DNA of 64,000 bases, from NCBI GenBank assembly GCA_963789265.1, contig CAWBKB010000007.1, positions 160,001-224,000 on the forward strand, read 5' to 3'. This document shows, piece after piece, positions 33,331 through 45,444 of this stretch. Numbering within the stretch: position 1 is the stretch's first letter; each line of letters begins with the position of its first letter. Origin of the DNA: an uncultured delta proteobacterium (GTDB lineage Bacteria; Desulfobacterota; Desulfomonilia; Desulfomonilales; Desulfomonilaceae). Under the pieces are notes generated by a model. It saw only the letters and a program-made list of their open reading frames with translations, was not told where the DNA came from and did not search any database. Both the position numbers and the translations under genes were made by a program.

Positions 33331-34380
33331 CTAAACTATTTCGAGATGTCCCACCATATCCGGCTCAAGGACCTCTCCAATCTCGGCAACGGGCTCGACC
33401 CCTTCCGCTATCAACGCGTCAAAGAGATCGCGCACACGTTCACCAGGCACGCCGAATATCAGCCCGCCCGAGGTCTGCGGATCAAACATCAAGTCCGCGA
33501 TTTCAGCGGAAATGCCCGAGTGCACAGTGACCCACGAGCCGAAAAACTTCCTATTAGAGTGCCCTCCGCCCGGAATCAATCCCATAGAAGCACCTTCCAT
33601 GGCCCCTTCAAGAATTGGGACAGATTCTGCGTGAATCCTCAGCTTGCACTTGCCGGCTCGAGCCATTTCCACAAGATGTCCGGCCAACCCAAATCCAGTC
33701 ACATCCGTGCAAGCCTTGACGTCAAATCTGGAAGCAACTTCGGAGGCATTCTTGTTGAGCGTGCAAAGCGAACGCACCATCGCATCCACAGAAGACGCTG
33801 TTGCTAGCTGGGCTTTAAGCGCGGTTGCGACGATACCGGTTCCGATGGCCTTGGTAAGAATTAAACGGTCCCCCGGTTGGAGGGCCGAGTTTGTCATCAT
33901 GCGATCCGGATGAACCAGGCCGGCCACGGACAGGCCGTACTTTAACTCGTCGTCTTCCACACTGTGGCCGCCGACCAGAGCGACTCCGGCCTCCTTGAGG
34001 ATATCCAGCCCTCCCTGAAGGATGCTCTTGAGAGTGGATATCCCGAGCTTTTTACTAGGAAAACAGACCACATTCATGGCCGTTATGGGACGGCCGCCCA
34101 TAGCGTACACGTCGCTTAAAGAATTCGTGGCCGCGGCTCGGCCGAAGATCCTTGGGTCGTCAACGATTGGAGTAAAGAAATCCAGCGTTTGGACAAGCGC
34201 CAGGGATTCGCTGAGGCGATATACACCCGCGTCCTCCGATCCAGCCGGTCCTGCCAGGACATTAGGATCGTAAGGAATGTCAATTCCGTGCAGAGCTTCC
34301 TCCAGGTCCCCTGGAGCTAATTTAGCCGCTCAGCCCGACGCTTGGGTCAGGGCGGTCAGCCTGATGTCATTGCAGGCCAT
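33331..34380 (-). CDS. selD: Selenide, water dikinase with selenocysteine at codon 17
   Basis: MACNDIRLTALTQASG-TGA-AAKL; EDAGV, DFFTPIVDDP, SDVYAMGG, GGHS, DVTGFGL, DPQTSGGL. TGA at 34332-34330. Confidence 0.95.
34300..34316 (-). promoter_or_regulatory. Bacterial SECIS-like hairpin
   Basis: CTCCAGG-GGA-CCTGGAG begins 13 nt after the in-frame UGA. Confidence 0.7.
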
Positions 34381-34656
34381 TCGGTATCCTTCCCTCGATA
34401 GGTCGCCCCCCCTTCCCTATATTAAATATATGAATCCAGAATGTTACACCAGAGGATTTATCTCAATCTTTTTCCAAGGGGTGCTTTCACACGGAGATAT
34501 GAGGCGGAGCCTCAGTTCGGAAGCCCAATTCGGTCTGCCCTAGCCGGCAAGTAGAGGTAGTTCCGTGCAATTCTCAAACCTTTTCAACTATGCCAATTAC
34601 GTATGAGCAACGGCCTTGCATTGCCGGCTTGGACAAAAGTGGCTGCGTCTCACCAA

Positions 34657-35484
34657 TCATTGAGTCGAGAACGCTCCAACCTTGTTCGTGGAGTTGAAGA
34701 CGGCCGGTATTGCACCGAGTTTGTGACCTGCACTTGCCAAGTGGCACCGTGGCTCCGTCCGGGGTGCGTCCCTGATTAAAGCATCCGTCACCGGGACGCG
34801 GGGGCTCCGCAGGACAGCGGGATTCGGCCCGAAACGCAAGAGGTCCATTCCGGCAGGGCGGCCGTTGTTGGAGACATAGATGAATGCAGTCGCAACCTCG
34901 GTAGGGCGAGTTCCGTTAAAGGTTGCCCCGCTAGCCAGAAGCAGGTCCACCACCTCTCCGTAACCTCTTATAGAAGCCTGGGTCATAGCTGTGTTACCGT
35001 TGCGATCGCTGGCATTAACGGCCGCACCTTTTTCCAACAGGACTTGAACTACGTCGGTATGGCCTTCGGCCGCAGCACCCATGAGAGCAGTTACCCCGCT
35101 CTTGGGTTCTCTGATATCCGCGTTTGCGCCGTGATCGAGCAGTAGTTCCACAACTTCCTTATGTCCCATGACGGAAGCCCACATCAAAGCAGTGTCGCCA
35201 TTGTTATTCCTGGCTTCCAAGTTCGCACCTTGCTCCAGCAATACTCTCACTACTTCCTCATGGCCTTGGATCGCGGCCCAGATCAGAGGCGTCAAGCCGT
35301 CCCGATCCCTTGCGTTCACGTCCGCTCCTTCGTTCAGATAGCCGACAATCTCAAGATAGTCCCCTGTTCTCGCTGCCTCAAAAAGATTGCCGCTCAAGTG
35401 GCGCTCGCCGTAATAGGCATGATGCCAACAAAACAAAAGTAGCGGGAGGACAAACAGCATTGTCACGTTGCTTAGCCATTTCAT
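34657..35484 (-). CDS. Ankyrin-repeat protein with N-terminal hydrophobic segment
   Basis: About five GxTxLxxAxxxGHxxVVxxLLxxGA repeats. Confidence 0.9.
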   Translation of the reverse strand: MKWLSNVTMLFVLPLLLFCWHHAYYGERHLSGNLFEAARTGDYLEIVGYLNEGADVNARDRDGLTPLIWAAIQGHEEVVRVLLEQGANLEARNNNGDTALMWASVMGHKEVVELLLDHGANADIREPKSGVTALMGAAAEGHTDVVQVLLEKGAAVNASDRNGNTAMTQASIRGYGEVVDLLLASGATFNGTRPTEVATAFIYVSNNGRPAGMDLLRFGPNPAVLRSPRVPVTDALIRDAPRTEPRCHLASAGHKLGAIPAVFNSTNKVGAFSTQ

Positions 35485-35812
35485 CTTTCCACCCTCCTCT
35501 CGTTCCACTAACGCAATACTGCAAAAACATAGCAATTCCGGAAAAACGATGTATCAATTGCAATTCCCATTCATGCCTGCTCCAAGGATGCACCACGGTT
35601 TCTTCTGACTTCCTAGTACCGGCACATCTCTGAATATCCATAAGTTTGATGAGCAGGCGCGTCAGATCTCTCCGTGTACTGGCCCTCTGCGTAATATTTT
35701 CACAGTGTAGTCGGAAACTGTTCCCCCGAACTAATGCCCTCTGTGAGAGTGCGCAACCCCTTCTTTTCTCTGTTTCGCTGTTAAAACGATTTGTACGCTC
35801 GTGCATAGATCA

Positions 35813-35828
35813 TGCATTTTTAGTGCCA
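35813..35828 (-). promoter_or_regulatory. Possible sigma-54 promoter facing the ankyrin gene
   Basis: TGGCAC-TAAAA-ATGCA with exact GG-N10-GC spacing. Confidence 0.4.
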
Positions 35829-36493
35829 TATCTGAGGAGATTGCAAAATTATACTTTTGAGAGGTTTAAGACAGAGGATTCGCGAATCGGGGCAGTGAGG
35901 TACGCCCCGCCGAAAAAGCCCTCCGCTTACACAGGATTGTGGCAAAACAGCCACATTCACGAATAAATCCAGTAAATCCAGCAAGATAATTTTGGCAGGA
36001 GTGGGGGTTTTTGCTCCATCAGGCGATAGGTGGTCGATTTACGCCCACATCAGATTTGGTGGAAGAGGTTTCGTTAAAGTGTTTGCCAAAAGTAATGTCC
36101 GTTTGGCCGCCCGACGCGAAGAATGCTGAAAACGCGTCCCGATGAGCGTTTCGTCGTCATTTCCGCGTACGCGATCCCGCACGGCGGCTTCAGTAGGTCC
36201 GGCATCCTGCCGGCCATTTACACTCTCGTTCACGGGCTCGGCCTAGGAATGCCGGTCTTGGACCAATCGGCCATCAAACAAGTGACAATCTCGGCGAGGA
36301 TATGGTGGGGCATCCCGCGCGGCTGGCGGGACTGCCTGTCCCACGTTCCGCGGGATCACCCCGGACTTCAATCCGGGCTATGTAGGGGCGGACCCGCGTG
36401 TCCGCCCGGGGCAGACACATAGGTCTGCCCCTACATTATGTACAACCAGGATAACAAGCTTCAATTTATCGCCTACGAGATTCCGGCACAGGC

Positions 36494-37084
36494 TCACACT
36501 CCGGCCAAAGATCGGCCTTCGTGAAACGCCTTCAGATTGATTTCAACGAGTTTCGGCTTCAAGGACTCCTTCAGCGCCTCTTCGTACTTTTCGGCAGGTA
36601 TATCAAGGTACTTCGAAAGTACTCCAAGAAAGATCACGTTGAGCACTCGCGGATTCCCCATCTTCCGGGCCACCTCGGTCCCGTCGATCACCATTGCGTC
36701 AGGGACCCGCTCCTTGATTCTGGCAGAAACATCGGGTGGATACTCCTGCTTCCCAGTGAATACCGCAGGGGGAAGGACCTTCTGGTCGTTCACAATCACC
36801 TTTCCTTTTTCAGAGAGGTAATGAAAGTACCGCAAGGTCTCTATTTGTTCGAAGGAAAGCAGCACGTCCGCTTCACCGGCTTTAATTATGGGAGAACTGA
36901 CAAGTTTTCCGAAACGAACGTGACTGGATACGGAACCGCCCCGCTGCGCCATCCCGTGGATTTCGTTCTTTTTTACGTCGTATCCGTGACGAGCCGCCAC
37001 TCGGCCCAGCACGTCGCTGGCCAAAATTATCCCCTGGCCGCCGACCCCGACTATCAGGACATTGTAAACGCGGTTCTCGCTCAT
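36494..37084 (-). CDS. iorB: Indolepyruvate:ferredoxin oxidoreductase beta subunit
   Basis: GVGGQG, EIHGMAQRGGSVSSHVR. Confidence 0.93.
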   Translation of the reverse strand: MSENRVYNVLIVGVGGQGIILASDVLGRVAARHGYDVKKNEIHGMAQRGGSVSSHVRFGKLVSSPIIKAGEADVLLSFEQIETLRYFHYLSEKGKVIVNDQKVLPPAVFTGKQEYPPDVSARIKERVPDAMVIDGTEVARKMGNPRVLNVIFLGVLSKYLDIPAEKYEEALKESLKPKLVEINLKAFHEGRSLAGV

Positions 37085-38863
37085 GACGCCTCCTCGATGC
37101 AGTTGAACTTGCAGGCCTCCTGACAGGTGCGACACCCTACACAAAGCGCTTCGTTTATTCTGGAAAAGCCTTTGCGTTTCTCACCTTCCGCGGGCTCGTC
37201 TATCTTGACGAATTCCAGTGCCGGACAGCCTGTATTGATGCAGCTTTTGCATCCCTTGCACATATCCGGATCAATTTTCAACGGCCTGTCGGGCAGGATT
37301 CGCCCGGTCTTTAGAAGCGCACAAGGCGCACGGGCTATTATCACTGAAGGTTCGTTGGCTTCCAGCTCTTCGCCGATCACCTTTTCCGTCTCTTTCACTT
37401 CATAGGGGTTGACGATCCGTATTCTCTTGAATCCGAAAGCCTCGGCGAGCTTGGCCATATCCGCACTGATCGTAGGGTCCTGACGAAGCGTGAAGCCTGT
37501 GCCGGGATGCGGCTGAGCGCCGGTCATGGCAGTGGTCCGGTTGTCCATAATGACCACGGTGGTAAAACCGCCATTGTAAGCCAGTTCAAGCAGGGGGGTC
37601 ATCCCGGAATGGAAGAATGTGGAGTCCCCTATCACTGCGACTGCCTTTCCTTTTGCCAGTTCACCGAGGGATCTGTCCAAGCCGGAGGCAATGCCGATTC
37701 CCGCGCCCATGCAGAGGCAATGGTCGAGCATCCCAACTGGGGGGAGCGCTCCGAGGGTGTAACAACCTATGTCACCTGCGACGTAAACCTTCCTTTTCTT
37801 CAAGGCGCTGAAAGTGGCTCTATGCGGACATCCGGGGCACATGTTCGGCGGCCTGAGCGGCAATTCCATTTCTATAGGCGCGACGCTTTTGGAAGTGCTC
37901 TTCCCGGTGAGGGCAACCTCCACTTTTTCCGGAGAAAGCTCTCCACACAGGCCGGTCAGCTCCTTGCCTTCCACCTTTATGCCCATCAAGCGGACCGCTT
38001 CTTCGATGAAAGGGTCCAATTCTTCGACCACGACGAGCCGCTTCACACGGGCAGCAAAGTCCCGAATCATCTTCTCCGGAAGCGGCCATACCATGCCGAG
38101 CTTCAAGAAAGAGGCAGAGGGCATGACTTCCCGGGCGTACTGGAACGCGACGCCTGCCGAGACGATTCCCAGCGAATCGTCCCCCGCGATGACCTGGTTG
38201 AATGGGAAGCTTTCCGCATACTCGGCCAAATCTTTGAGCCTCTGTTCCACAACAGGGTGGCGGCGCCTCGCCATTGCCGGGAGCATCACAAATTTCATTG
38301 GGTCCTTTTTTAGCCCCAACTCCTTAGTCCCTTCCACGCGCTCCTTGACCTCGACAAGAGACATGGAATGGGAAATGCGTGTGCTGCTTCGGACAATCAC
38401 GGGCGTGTCGAACTCTTCGCTTATAGCCAATGCCGCTCCCATGAGGTCTTTGGCCTCCTGGCTGTCGGAAGGCTCAAGGCAAGGCACTTTGCCGAACTTC
38501 GCGAAATTGCGAGTGTCTTGCTCATTCTGGGAGGAGTGCATTTCCGGGTCGTCACAGACCACCAGCACCAGAACCGCCGTTCACGCCAGTATAGGAGAGC
38601 GTCATGAATGGATCTGCCGCCACGTTGAGCCCCACGTGCTTCATCACGGCGATGGCCCTCGATCCCCCGTACGCGGCTCCTGCTGCAACTTCCACGGCGA
38701 CTTTCTCATTCGGGGCCCACCCTGCTATAATTCGGCGGTATTTTTGCCCGATAGATTCCAAGATTTCTGTGCTTGGGGTTCCAGGATACGCGGAGGCCAA
38801 TCGCACGCCGTACTCATAAGCCCCGCGTGCGATGGCTTCATTTCCTGACATAAGCTCTTTCAC
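37081..38863 (-). CDS. iorA: Indolepyruvate:ferredoxin oxidoreductase alpha subunit (frameshift near 38572)
   Basis: GNEAIARG, YPGTPSTEI, NEKVA, MKHVGLNVAAD; DDP.MHSSQNEQD, CPGCPH, GDIGCY, GDSTF, two ferredoxin motifs. Confidence 0.93.
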
Positions 38864-39523
38864 GGCTCGTCCACCTTTCATTGATTTCCGGTTCTTCAGG
38901 CTCGTGCCGGGACCCGGGAGGAGTGAAAACGTTTCAGGCGAGGCTTGCGTCTATATTTCAATGGCTTGTGCGCACTTACAAGAGGGACTGACTTGACGGA
39001 CCGGTGCCGTTGTTATTTATCCTAGTCTTGGAGAAAAACTGTGTCAAGAAGTTCAGCAAAGGACAAAAGAGCTGCAAGAATCACCGTTTTGATGATCTTT
39101 TAGAATTAGCGACTGAAGCAGCTTTTGGTGCGGTTGATTCCGAAATAGGCGGTTGCGGGACATTCATTATAGCGAATAATCGGTTCAAAGATGGAGTGAG
39201 AAAAGATAGGATTCGCGGTGCAGCCGAAACCCTCCCCTCAGAAAACTGTCTAATACGAACAAAGCGCGCTGTCGTAGTGTTGCACATTGCCTTCTTCTGG
39301 AAATGAGGTTTTCTTGATGGGGCAAATTGGCTCGTAAGTATTTACGGACGTCAGGTTGCGGGGGGCGCTCTTCTAATTGATGGCTCTGTTACTGCTCTTT
39401 GGACGGCAGGAAAAAAAAGGATTACAGACCGGGCGTTTTTCTTATTGACTTTTTGTGTTGCAACATGCTAGTTGTACTAATCATTTTTATTATAATGCGC
39501 ACGTAGAGTGCTGAGAGATTGTC

Positions 39524-40387
39524 ATGTCTCGTGTTTTTGTTGGGATGGGTATAGGGTTGGTGGTGTTCTCTCTCCTTGCGTCGCCTCTCGAGGCCGCGCG
39601 ATCGGCCACCGTCAAACATGCAAAGTACCGAATTTCCCGGGGCTCGCGATTGGGGGAACGGGTCGTGCTTCGTGCTTCCCCTGTGCCTGCGAGGGGACCT
39701 ATTGCCGTACCCGCGTCCGCCGGACCGGCGGGAGCGGCCGCGACACCGGCCCTTATCGACCGGAGCCGCATGGAAAGTCGGCTCACGCCCTCGGATTCCC
39801 TCAAGTCTGACAAGGGACTTCCTACAGGCCTTGACGGAGGATTGAGCTACCTCGAAATCCAGGTAAGCCATTCGGCACACGATTTCAAGTTATATGCCAA
39901 CACCTTGACCGGGAAGCGAGAAAAGCTCTATGAATGCAAGGTCGGCCTTGGTTCATCAGAGTTTCCTACGCCGGTCGGAGTTTACTTCGTGACCCACATC
40001 TACGATCAGGACCCCTGGTGGATACCCCCACCAGATCGGTGGTGGGCCGCCGGCCAAAGACCCAGTCGCAAGGTGTACGGCGGAACCATGGCACCTCTTC
40101 TCAAAAAGCGGCCTGTCAGGGTGAAAAAGCATAAGCCCGACCCCGAGGACAAGATCGCGGGGCAGGTCCGATTGGACGACTACGGATACAGGTTCCATGG
40201 AACCAACGCGCCGAGAAGTATCGGTCAGAATCAATCGCACGGTTGTGTTAGAATGCGGCCTGACGATGCCCGGAAGGTCGCCGGCTTGATCAGAGAATAT
40301 GTGGGTCAGCCGGAGCACAGAGCCGATGACGAAAACGGGTCATACTTCATACTGAATGCCCCTGTGCGTCTCAATCTGGTGAAGTAA
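39524..40387 (+). CDS. L,D-transpeptidase (YkuD family)
   Basis: Signal peptide, PTPVG, FHGTN...SHGCVRM. Confidence 0.9.
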   Translation: MSRVFVGMGIGLVVFSLLASPLEAARSATVKHAKYRISRGSRLGERVVLRASPVPARGPIAVPASAGPAGAAATPALIDRSRMESRLTPSDSLKSDKGLPTGLDGGLSYLEIQVSHSAHDFKLYANTLTGKREKLYECKVGLGSSEFPTPVGVYFVTHIYDQDPWWIPPPDRWWAAGQRPSRKVYGGTMAPLLKKRPVRVKKHKPDPEDKIAGQVRLDDYGYRFHGTNAPRSIGQNQSHGCVRMRPDDARKVAGLIREYVGQPEHRADDENGSYFILNAPVRLNLVK

Positions 40388-40479
40388 CACCGCGAAATTC
40401 TTGAAATGCCCGCCGGACATAGGGCGGGCCGTTGCCGCCATTAATTTATTCCCGGCGGGCACAGGCCCGCCCTACCCAA

Positions 40480-40869
40480 CTAACGTTGCGGAATTCCCGT
40501 CAAATTGCTCCGACAGTGGCGGTCGATAATTTCCAGCCATTTTTCCAGGTCCACGCCGCACGCGTAATGATCGCGGCCGATTCCCGGTGATGAGCATTCT
40601 TCGAAGATGGTATCCGAATTGACGAGGCAGACGGGCCATCCTGTGACGTGATGTCTCACGCGGCTGTTCGTATTCACGCGGTAGACCATAAACGCCGTGT
40701 TATCGCAGAAGACCCGGTACCAAATTCCCTCATATTCCACGGATAAGTCCGAGCCAAGGACCCCCAGATCCTGAAATACCTTCCGAATGCGGGCGAAGAC
40801 CATACGGGGAGATCTTTCGGGACGCGAGTCCCTTTCCAAGGGCGGCAGGTTTCCTGAATTGCTCGGCAT
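40480..40869 (-). CDS. Hypothetical protein
   Basis: 129-aa ORF with RBS GGAGG. Confidence 0.55.
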   Translation of the reverse strand: MPSNSGNLPPLERDSRPERSPRMVFARIRKVFQDLGVLGSDLSVEYEGIWYRVFCDNTAFMVYRVNTNSRVRHHVTGWPVCLVNSDTIFEECSSPGIGRDHYACGVDLEKWLEIIDRHCRSNLTGIPQR

Positions 40870-40936
40870 GAACGGCCTCCAAACCGGTCATTTTGGGCTT
40901 GCCGGCGGTTTACTCGCGTAGCGACTGTGCTTAACT

Positions 40937-41872
40937 CTAGCCTATAGGCCCAAAGCATGCCTCGTACCTGGCCCAGAACTCTTCCTGGGAAAAGCGATGG
41001 CATTGGGTCCCTTGGCACTCCACTGAATAACCCGCACACACCGCGCCTATCCGACTCGCCGCCACCAGATCTTTTCCCATTACCAAACCCTTGATCAGAC
41101 CGGCCCTGAATGCATCACCCGCGCCCGTGGGGTCCAGCACTCGTTTAGTCGGTACGGCGGGTATTTGCACCTCTTTTTCAGGAGTTGAAATCAGAGAACC
41201 TTTTTCCCCGAGAGTGGTGATTATGGCTCCGGTCTTCTCGAGCAAGTCGCTTTTTTGCAAGCCACTGGACCGCATGACCATTTCAAGCTCGTAATCGTTC
41301 GAGATGAATATCATCGAGCCGCTGAGCGCCTCTATCAGCGCATCGGTCGATAAAGCCGGAATGCTTTGTCCCGGGTCGAAGATGTAAGGTAAGCGTCGGT
41401 CTCTATAAATTTTTGGAAAAGTGAGCATCTCGTCAAGATTTCCCGGTGACACGATGGCGAGGGAATTCTGAGGTTCTGCTCCATCAATCTGGTACAGGCA
41501 AGGATACTTCATTGCCCCGGGATTAAACCCGGTAATCTGGTTGTCGGCCTTATCTGTGGTGATGTACGCTCCTGCGGTGAATTCTTCCGAAATTATCCGG
41601 ATACCATCCAGGCTCAACCCTTGCTCGGACAACCAATTCTTGTAGCTATGGAAATCCTTGCCCGCAGTGGCCAGTATGAATGGCTGTTCTCCGAGGAGGG
41701 CAAGGCTGTAGGCGATATTTCCTGCGGTACCTCCGAATTGTTCTTTCAAGCCGTTCACCTGGAAGCAGACATTTAGGATATGGATCTTGTCAGGAAGAAT
41801 ATGGTCCGAAAATTTTTCAGGGAAATCCATAATTTTATCATAAACTAAAGACCCGGAGACAAAGATTTGCAT
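40937..41872 (-). CDS. PfkB-family kinase, adenosine-kinase-like
   Basis: SGSLVYD, GGTAGNIA, NDYE, DPTGAGDAF. Confidence 0.9.
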   Translation of the reverse strand: MQIFVSGSLVYDKIMDFPEKFSDHILPDKIHILNVCFQVNGLKEQFGGTAGNIAYSLALLGEQPFILATAGKDFHSYKNWLSEQGLSLDGIRIISEEFTAGAYITTDKADNQITGFNPGAMKYPCLYQIDGAEPQNSLAIVSPGNLDEMLTFPKIYRDRRLPYIFDPGQSIPALSTDALIEALSGSMIFISNDYELEMVMRSSGLQKSDLLEKTGAIITTLGEKGSLISTPEKEVQIPAVPTKRVLDPTGAGDAFRAGLIKGLVMGKDLVAASRIGAVCAGYSVECQGTQCHRFSQEEFWARYEACFGPIG

Positions 41873-41999
41873 CCCACACTCCTGAACTGCACGCATGAAT
41901 TCTAGTATTTGTCAGTTCAGAGGATATGAGAAGCGCGTTAGGGTGTCAAGAACCATCTAAGGCGACCTGGTAATCCCTCAGTTACGGGCGGCAAAAGAT

Positions 42000-42087
42000 T
42001 GTCATTGCGAGCGAAGCGAGGCAATCTCATTTCTGGAGAGCGTCCAGAACCGAGATTGCTTCGTCGCTTTGCTCCTCGCAATGACAT
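42000..42087. repeat. REP-like palindrome TGTCATTGCGAG...GCAATCTC / GAGATTGC...CTCGCAATGACA
   Basis: Long inverted repeat; the same family occurs at ~17366-17510. Confidence 0.8.
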
Positions 42088-42290
42088 GAGAAAGAAAGTT
42101 CCCCGCACATACAAATGATTCCGGTGAACCGTTCCGTCTTACGTTCTTTGCCTCTGATTCTCGATGCTGTTGCGCGGGTGACTGAATTTGGTGTAACGTA
42201 CTCTCAATTAAGAAAGGCGCACTTCCTTGCTGGTTTACTGAGGTCCCACCTTTCGCGCACGAGGCTCCTTAATGGCCAGGCACCGCAGAG

Positions 42291-44715
42291 ATGATTGAGC
42301 GAACGATAAAGACGAGCATATACGCGCACATATCAGTGTGGGCCCTAATATTTTGCTGCTTGTACCTCACGAGCCTTCACAGCTATCTATTGTTCCACAC
42401 GCTGGTAGAGCTATTCAGCATCGCGGTGGCGTGGGACATATTCTTCATCGCCTGGAACTCACGCCGACTGTTGGCCAACAATTATCTTCTTTTCCTGGGG
42501 ATTTCCTACCTCTTTGTCGGTTGTATCGATCTGGCGCACACCATGGCCTACAAAGGCATGGGCATTTTTGCGGCATCCAGGTCCGACTTGGCCTCTCAAC
42601 TCTGGATTGCGGGTAGGTTTGTCCAAAGCTTCTCTTTGTTGGCTGCACCCTTTTTTCTAGGGCGACGGCTAAGACCGTATGTAGTCATTGCCGCCTTTTC
42701 ACTGGTTTGTGCTGCGCTATTCGCATCCATCTTCTACTGGAAAATTTTCCCCGACACCTACCTGGACGGTGTTGGGCTCACAGGGTTCAAGATCTGGAGT
42801 GAGTACGGCATCTGTCTGATTCTCGTTGCAGCCGCACTGCTGCTGTACAAACACAGGGACCGGTTCGATCCAGGTGTGTTGAAGCTGTTGATCGGCTCCA
42901 TGTGTGTCACTGTGGCCTCGGAATTGGTGTTTACCGTATACGTGGACGTGTACGGCTTTTCCAATCTAGTCGGTCATTATCTTAAGGTCATTTCCTTCTA
43001 CCTGGTCTACAGGGCAATCATACAGACCGGCTTGAATAAGCCTTACGATCTGATGTTCAGGGAACTTAAGAAAGGGCAGGAAGCGCTGGCCGCCGGCCTT
43101 GCCGATCTGCAAAGGTCCAGTGCGGAGACAAACGCTTTGCTCGTCGCCTCACGAGCGCTTCTGAAGCATCGCGATTTTGCCGCATCGGCACGGACAATCT
43201 TTGATGCGTGCAAGGAGGCCATTGGAGCCAAGTCCGGGTACATTGCACTGTTGGATAGCCACTGCACGGATAATGACGTTATGTTTCTTGATTCAGGCGA
43301 ATTGCCTTGCAGCGTCGATCCCAAGCTCCCTATGCCGATTCGAGGTCTTCGCGCGGAAGCGTATCGTACTGGAGAGGTAGTCTGCGAAAACAACTTCTCC
43401 GAGAGCAAATGGGTGAAATTCCTCCCTCACGGCCATGTCTGCCTCGAAAACGTTATGTTCGCTCCGCTGATGCTCGAGGAAAAAGCTGTGGGCCTGCTCG
43501 GTCTGGCAAACAAACCGGGAGGCTTTACCGATAATGACGCCCGCACAGCCGCTGCTTTTGCCGAGTTCGCTTCCATCGGCCTGCTTAATAGCCTGACCCT
43601 CGAATCCCTTGCGCACAGTGAAGAGCGTTTTAGGACAGTTGTAGAAACTGCGAATGATGCTATCATATCCGTTGACAGCCACGGCAACGTGGTTTACTGG
43701 AACAAAGCCGCCGAGCATATCTTCGGCTATTCGGCCAAGGAAATTGTGGGCGAGCCCCTCTCCCTGATAATTCCTGAACAATTCCGTGCAGCCCACCAAA
43801 ACGCATTGCAAGATGTAGTCTCAAACTCGAAATCGCACCCTCCTGCAAGGACTGTTGAGGTAGCGGGTCTGAGAAAAGATGGCGAGGAATTTCCGGCAGG
43901 ATTGTCAATTGCAGCTTGGGAAACAAGAGAAGGGAGATTTTTTACCGGTATCCTGCGGGACATCACTACACGCAAGCGCGCCCAAGAGGCTTTGCAGAGC
44001 ACATTGGCCGAACTGGAACGCTCCAATGCCGAGTTGCAGCAATTTGCCTATGTCGCGTCACATGACCTGCAGGAGCCCCTGCGCATGGTATCAAGTTACG
44101 TTCAACTTCTCGACCGTCGCTATAAAGACAAACTTGACAAAGATGCAGCCGAATTCATGGGCTACGCGGTCGAGGGTGCCCGACACATGCGGCGACTCAT
44201 CAACGGCCTGCTGCAATACTCCCGTGTAGGAACACATGGAAAGGCCTTCGAGATTGTTCCCTGTGAGAAGGTATTGGATACGGCATTAGCCAACTTGCGG
44301 ATGTTGCTCGCCGAATCGGGCGCCCAAGTTACCCGTGATCCGCTCCCGACAGTGAATGCGGACTTTACGCAACTCCTGCAACTCTTTCAAAATCTGATCG
44401 ACAATGCTTGCAAATTTCGCGATGATGATCCTCCGCAGATTCACATCTCCGCAAGGCAAGCGTATAATCAATGGCTTTTCTCGGTGCGTGACAACGGGAT
44501 AGGAATTGATCCGGAGTATGCGGAACGGATATTTATTATATTTCAACGCTTGCACAATAGAGAAGAATTTCCCGGTACCGGCGTAGGATTGGCGATTTGC
44601 AAGAAGATTGTCGAGCGCCACGGCGGCAAGATTTGGGTTGAATCGGAACCGGGTGCGGGTACCTACTTTCTGTTTCACCATGCCCGGAAATGATACTCAG
44701 ATGCGGCGACAATAG
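42291..44715 (+). CDS. Membrane sensor histidine kinase, MASE3-GAF-PAS-HisKA-HATPase (late frameshift at ~44663)
   Basis: YLLFHTLVELFSI TM region, [34 protein letters not shown]. Confidence 0.9.
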
Positions 44716-44796
44716 AGCTTAAATGGTAAACCGGCCTGGACGGCACCTCCTGTCGGAACAGCGCGACTACGCACAATTCCGGGTGTTCCGGACACA

Positions 44797-45444
44797 ATGA
44801 GGAAAATGAGTACGCCGATGGATCTACTAGTGAAGGCATTGCTTGACGGCGATCAGATTCAGGCTGTTGCCGCAGCCAGAAGCCTTCGTGACACGGGGGT
44901 CGAACACGAGCGCATGGTCACTGAGGGGATAGAAGTGGCGATGGGGCAATTGGACACCAAGTGCACGATGGAGCAGTTCAACTTACTGGAAATCATGCTT
45001 GTGGGGCGTGCAGCGATGGGAGTCATAAAGGAGCTCTTTCCAGCGGGCACACCTTCACTTCGGACTAAGGGAACGGTTGTGCTGGCCAGTCCGGAGGGGG
45101 ACGTACACGACTTGGGGAAGAACGTCCTCAAGGCAGTATTGACGGCAAAAGCCTACCATGTCGTGGATTGTGGCAAGGATTGTCCCGTAGAGAGACTGAT
45201 TAGCGCAGCGGAACAAGAAGGAGCGCTTGCTGTCGCAGTCAGCGGCTTGATGACCAGCCTGATCCCACAGGTGCGACAGATCAGGGACAAAATGACTAAA
45301 CGGGGACTCGGTCACATTAAGGTGATGGCCGGCGGAGCAGCATTGAAGCAAGCTTCCGCAGAGAGTCTAAACGTCGATTTCGTAGCTCAGACCGCTTTCG
45401 ATGGCGCACGCTATCTTGATCGGATAGCCGGAGGTGGGCAATGA
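44797..45444 (+). CDS. Corrinoid (cobalamin-binding) protein, MtaC-like
   Basis: Helical cap plus GDVHDLGKN (DxHxxG), SGLM, GGA. Confidence 0.92.
   Translation: MRKMSTPMDLLVKALLDGDQIQAVAAARSLRDTGVEHERMVTEGIEVAMGQLDTKCTMEQFNLLEIMLVGRAAMGVIKELFPAGTPSLRTKGTVVLASPEGDVHDLGKNVLKAVLTAKAYHVVDCGKDCPVERLISAAEQEGALAVAVSGLMTSLIPQVRQIRDKMTKRGLGHIKVMAGGAALKQASAESLNVDFVAQTAFDGARYLDRIAGGGQ

Noticed and set aside
42090..42290. Cobalamin riboswitch upstream of the corrinoid cluster
   Set aside because: No B12-box or other conserved elements seen.
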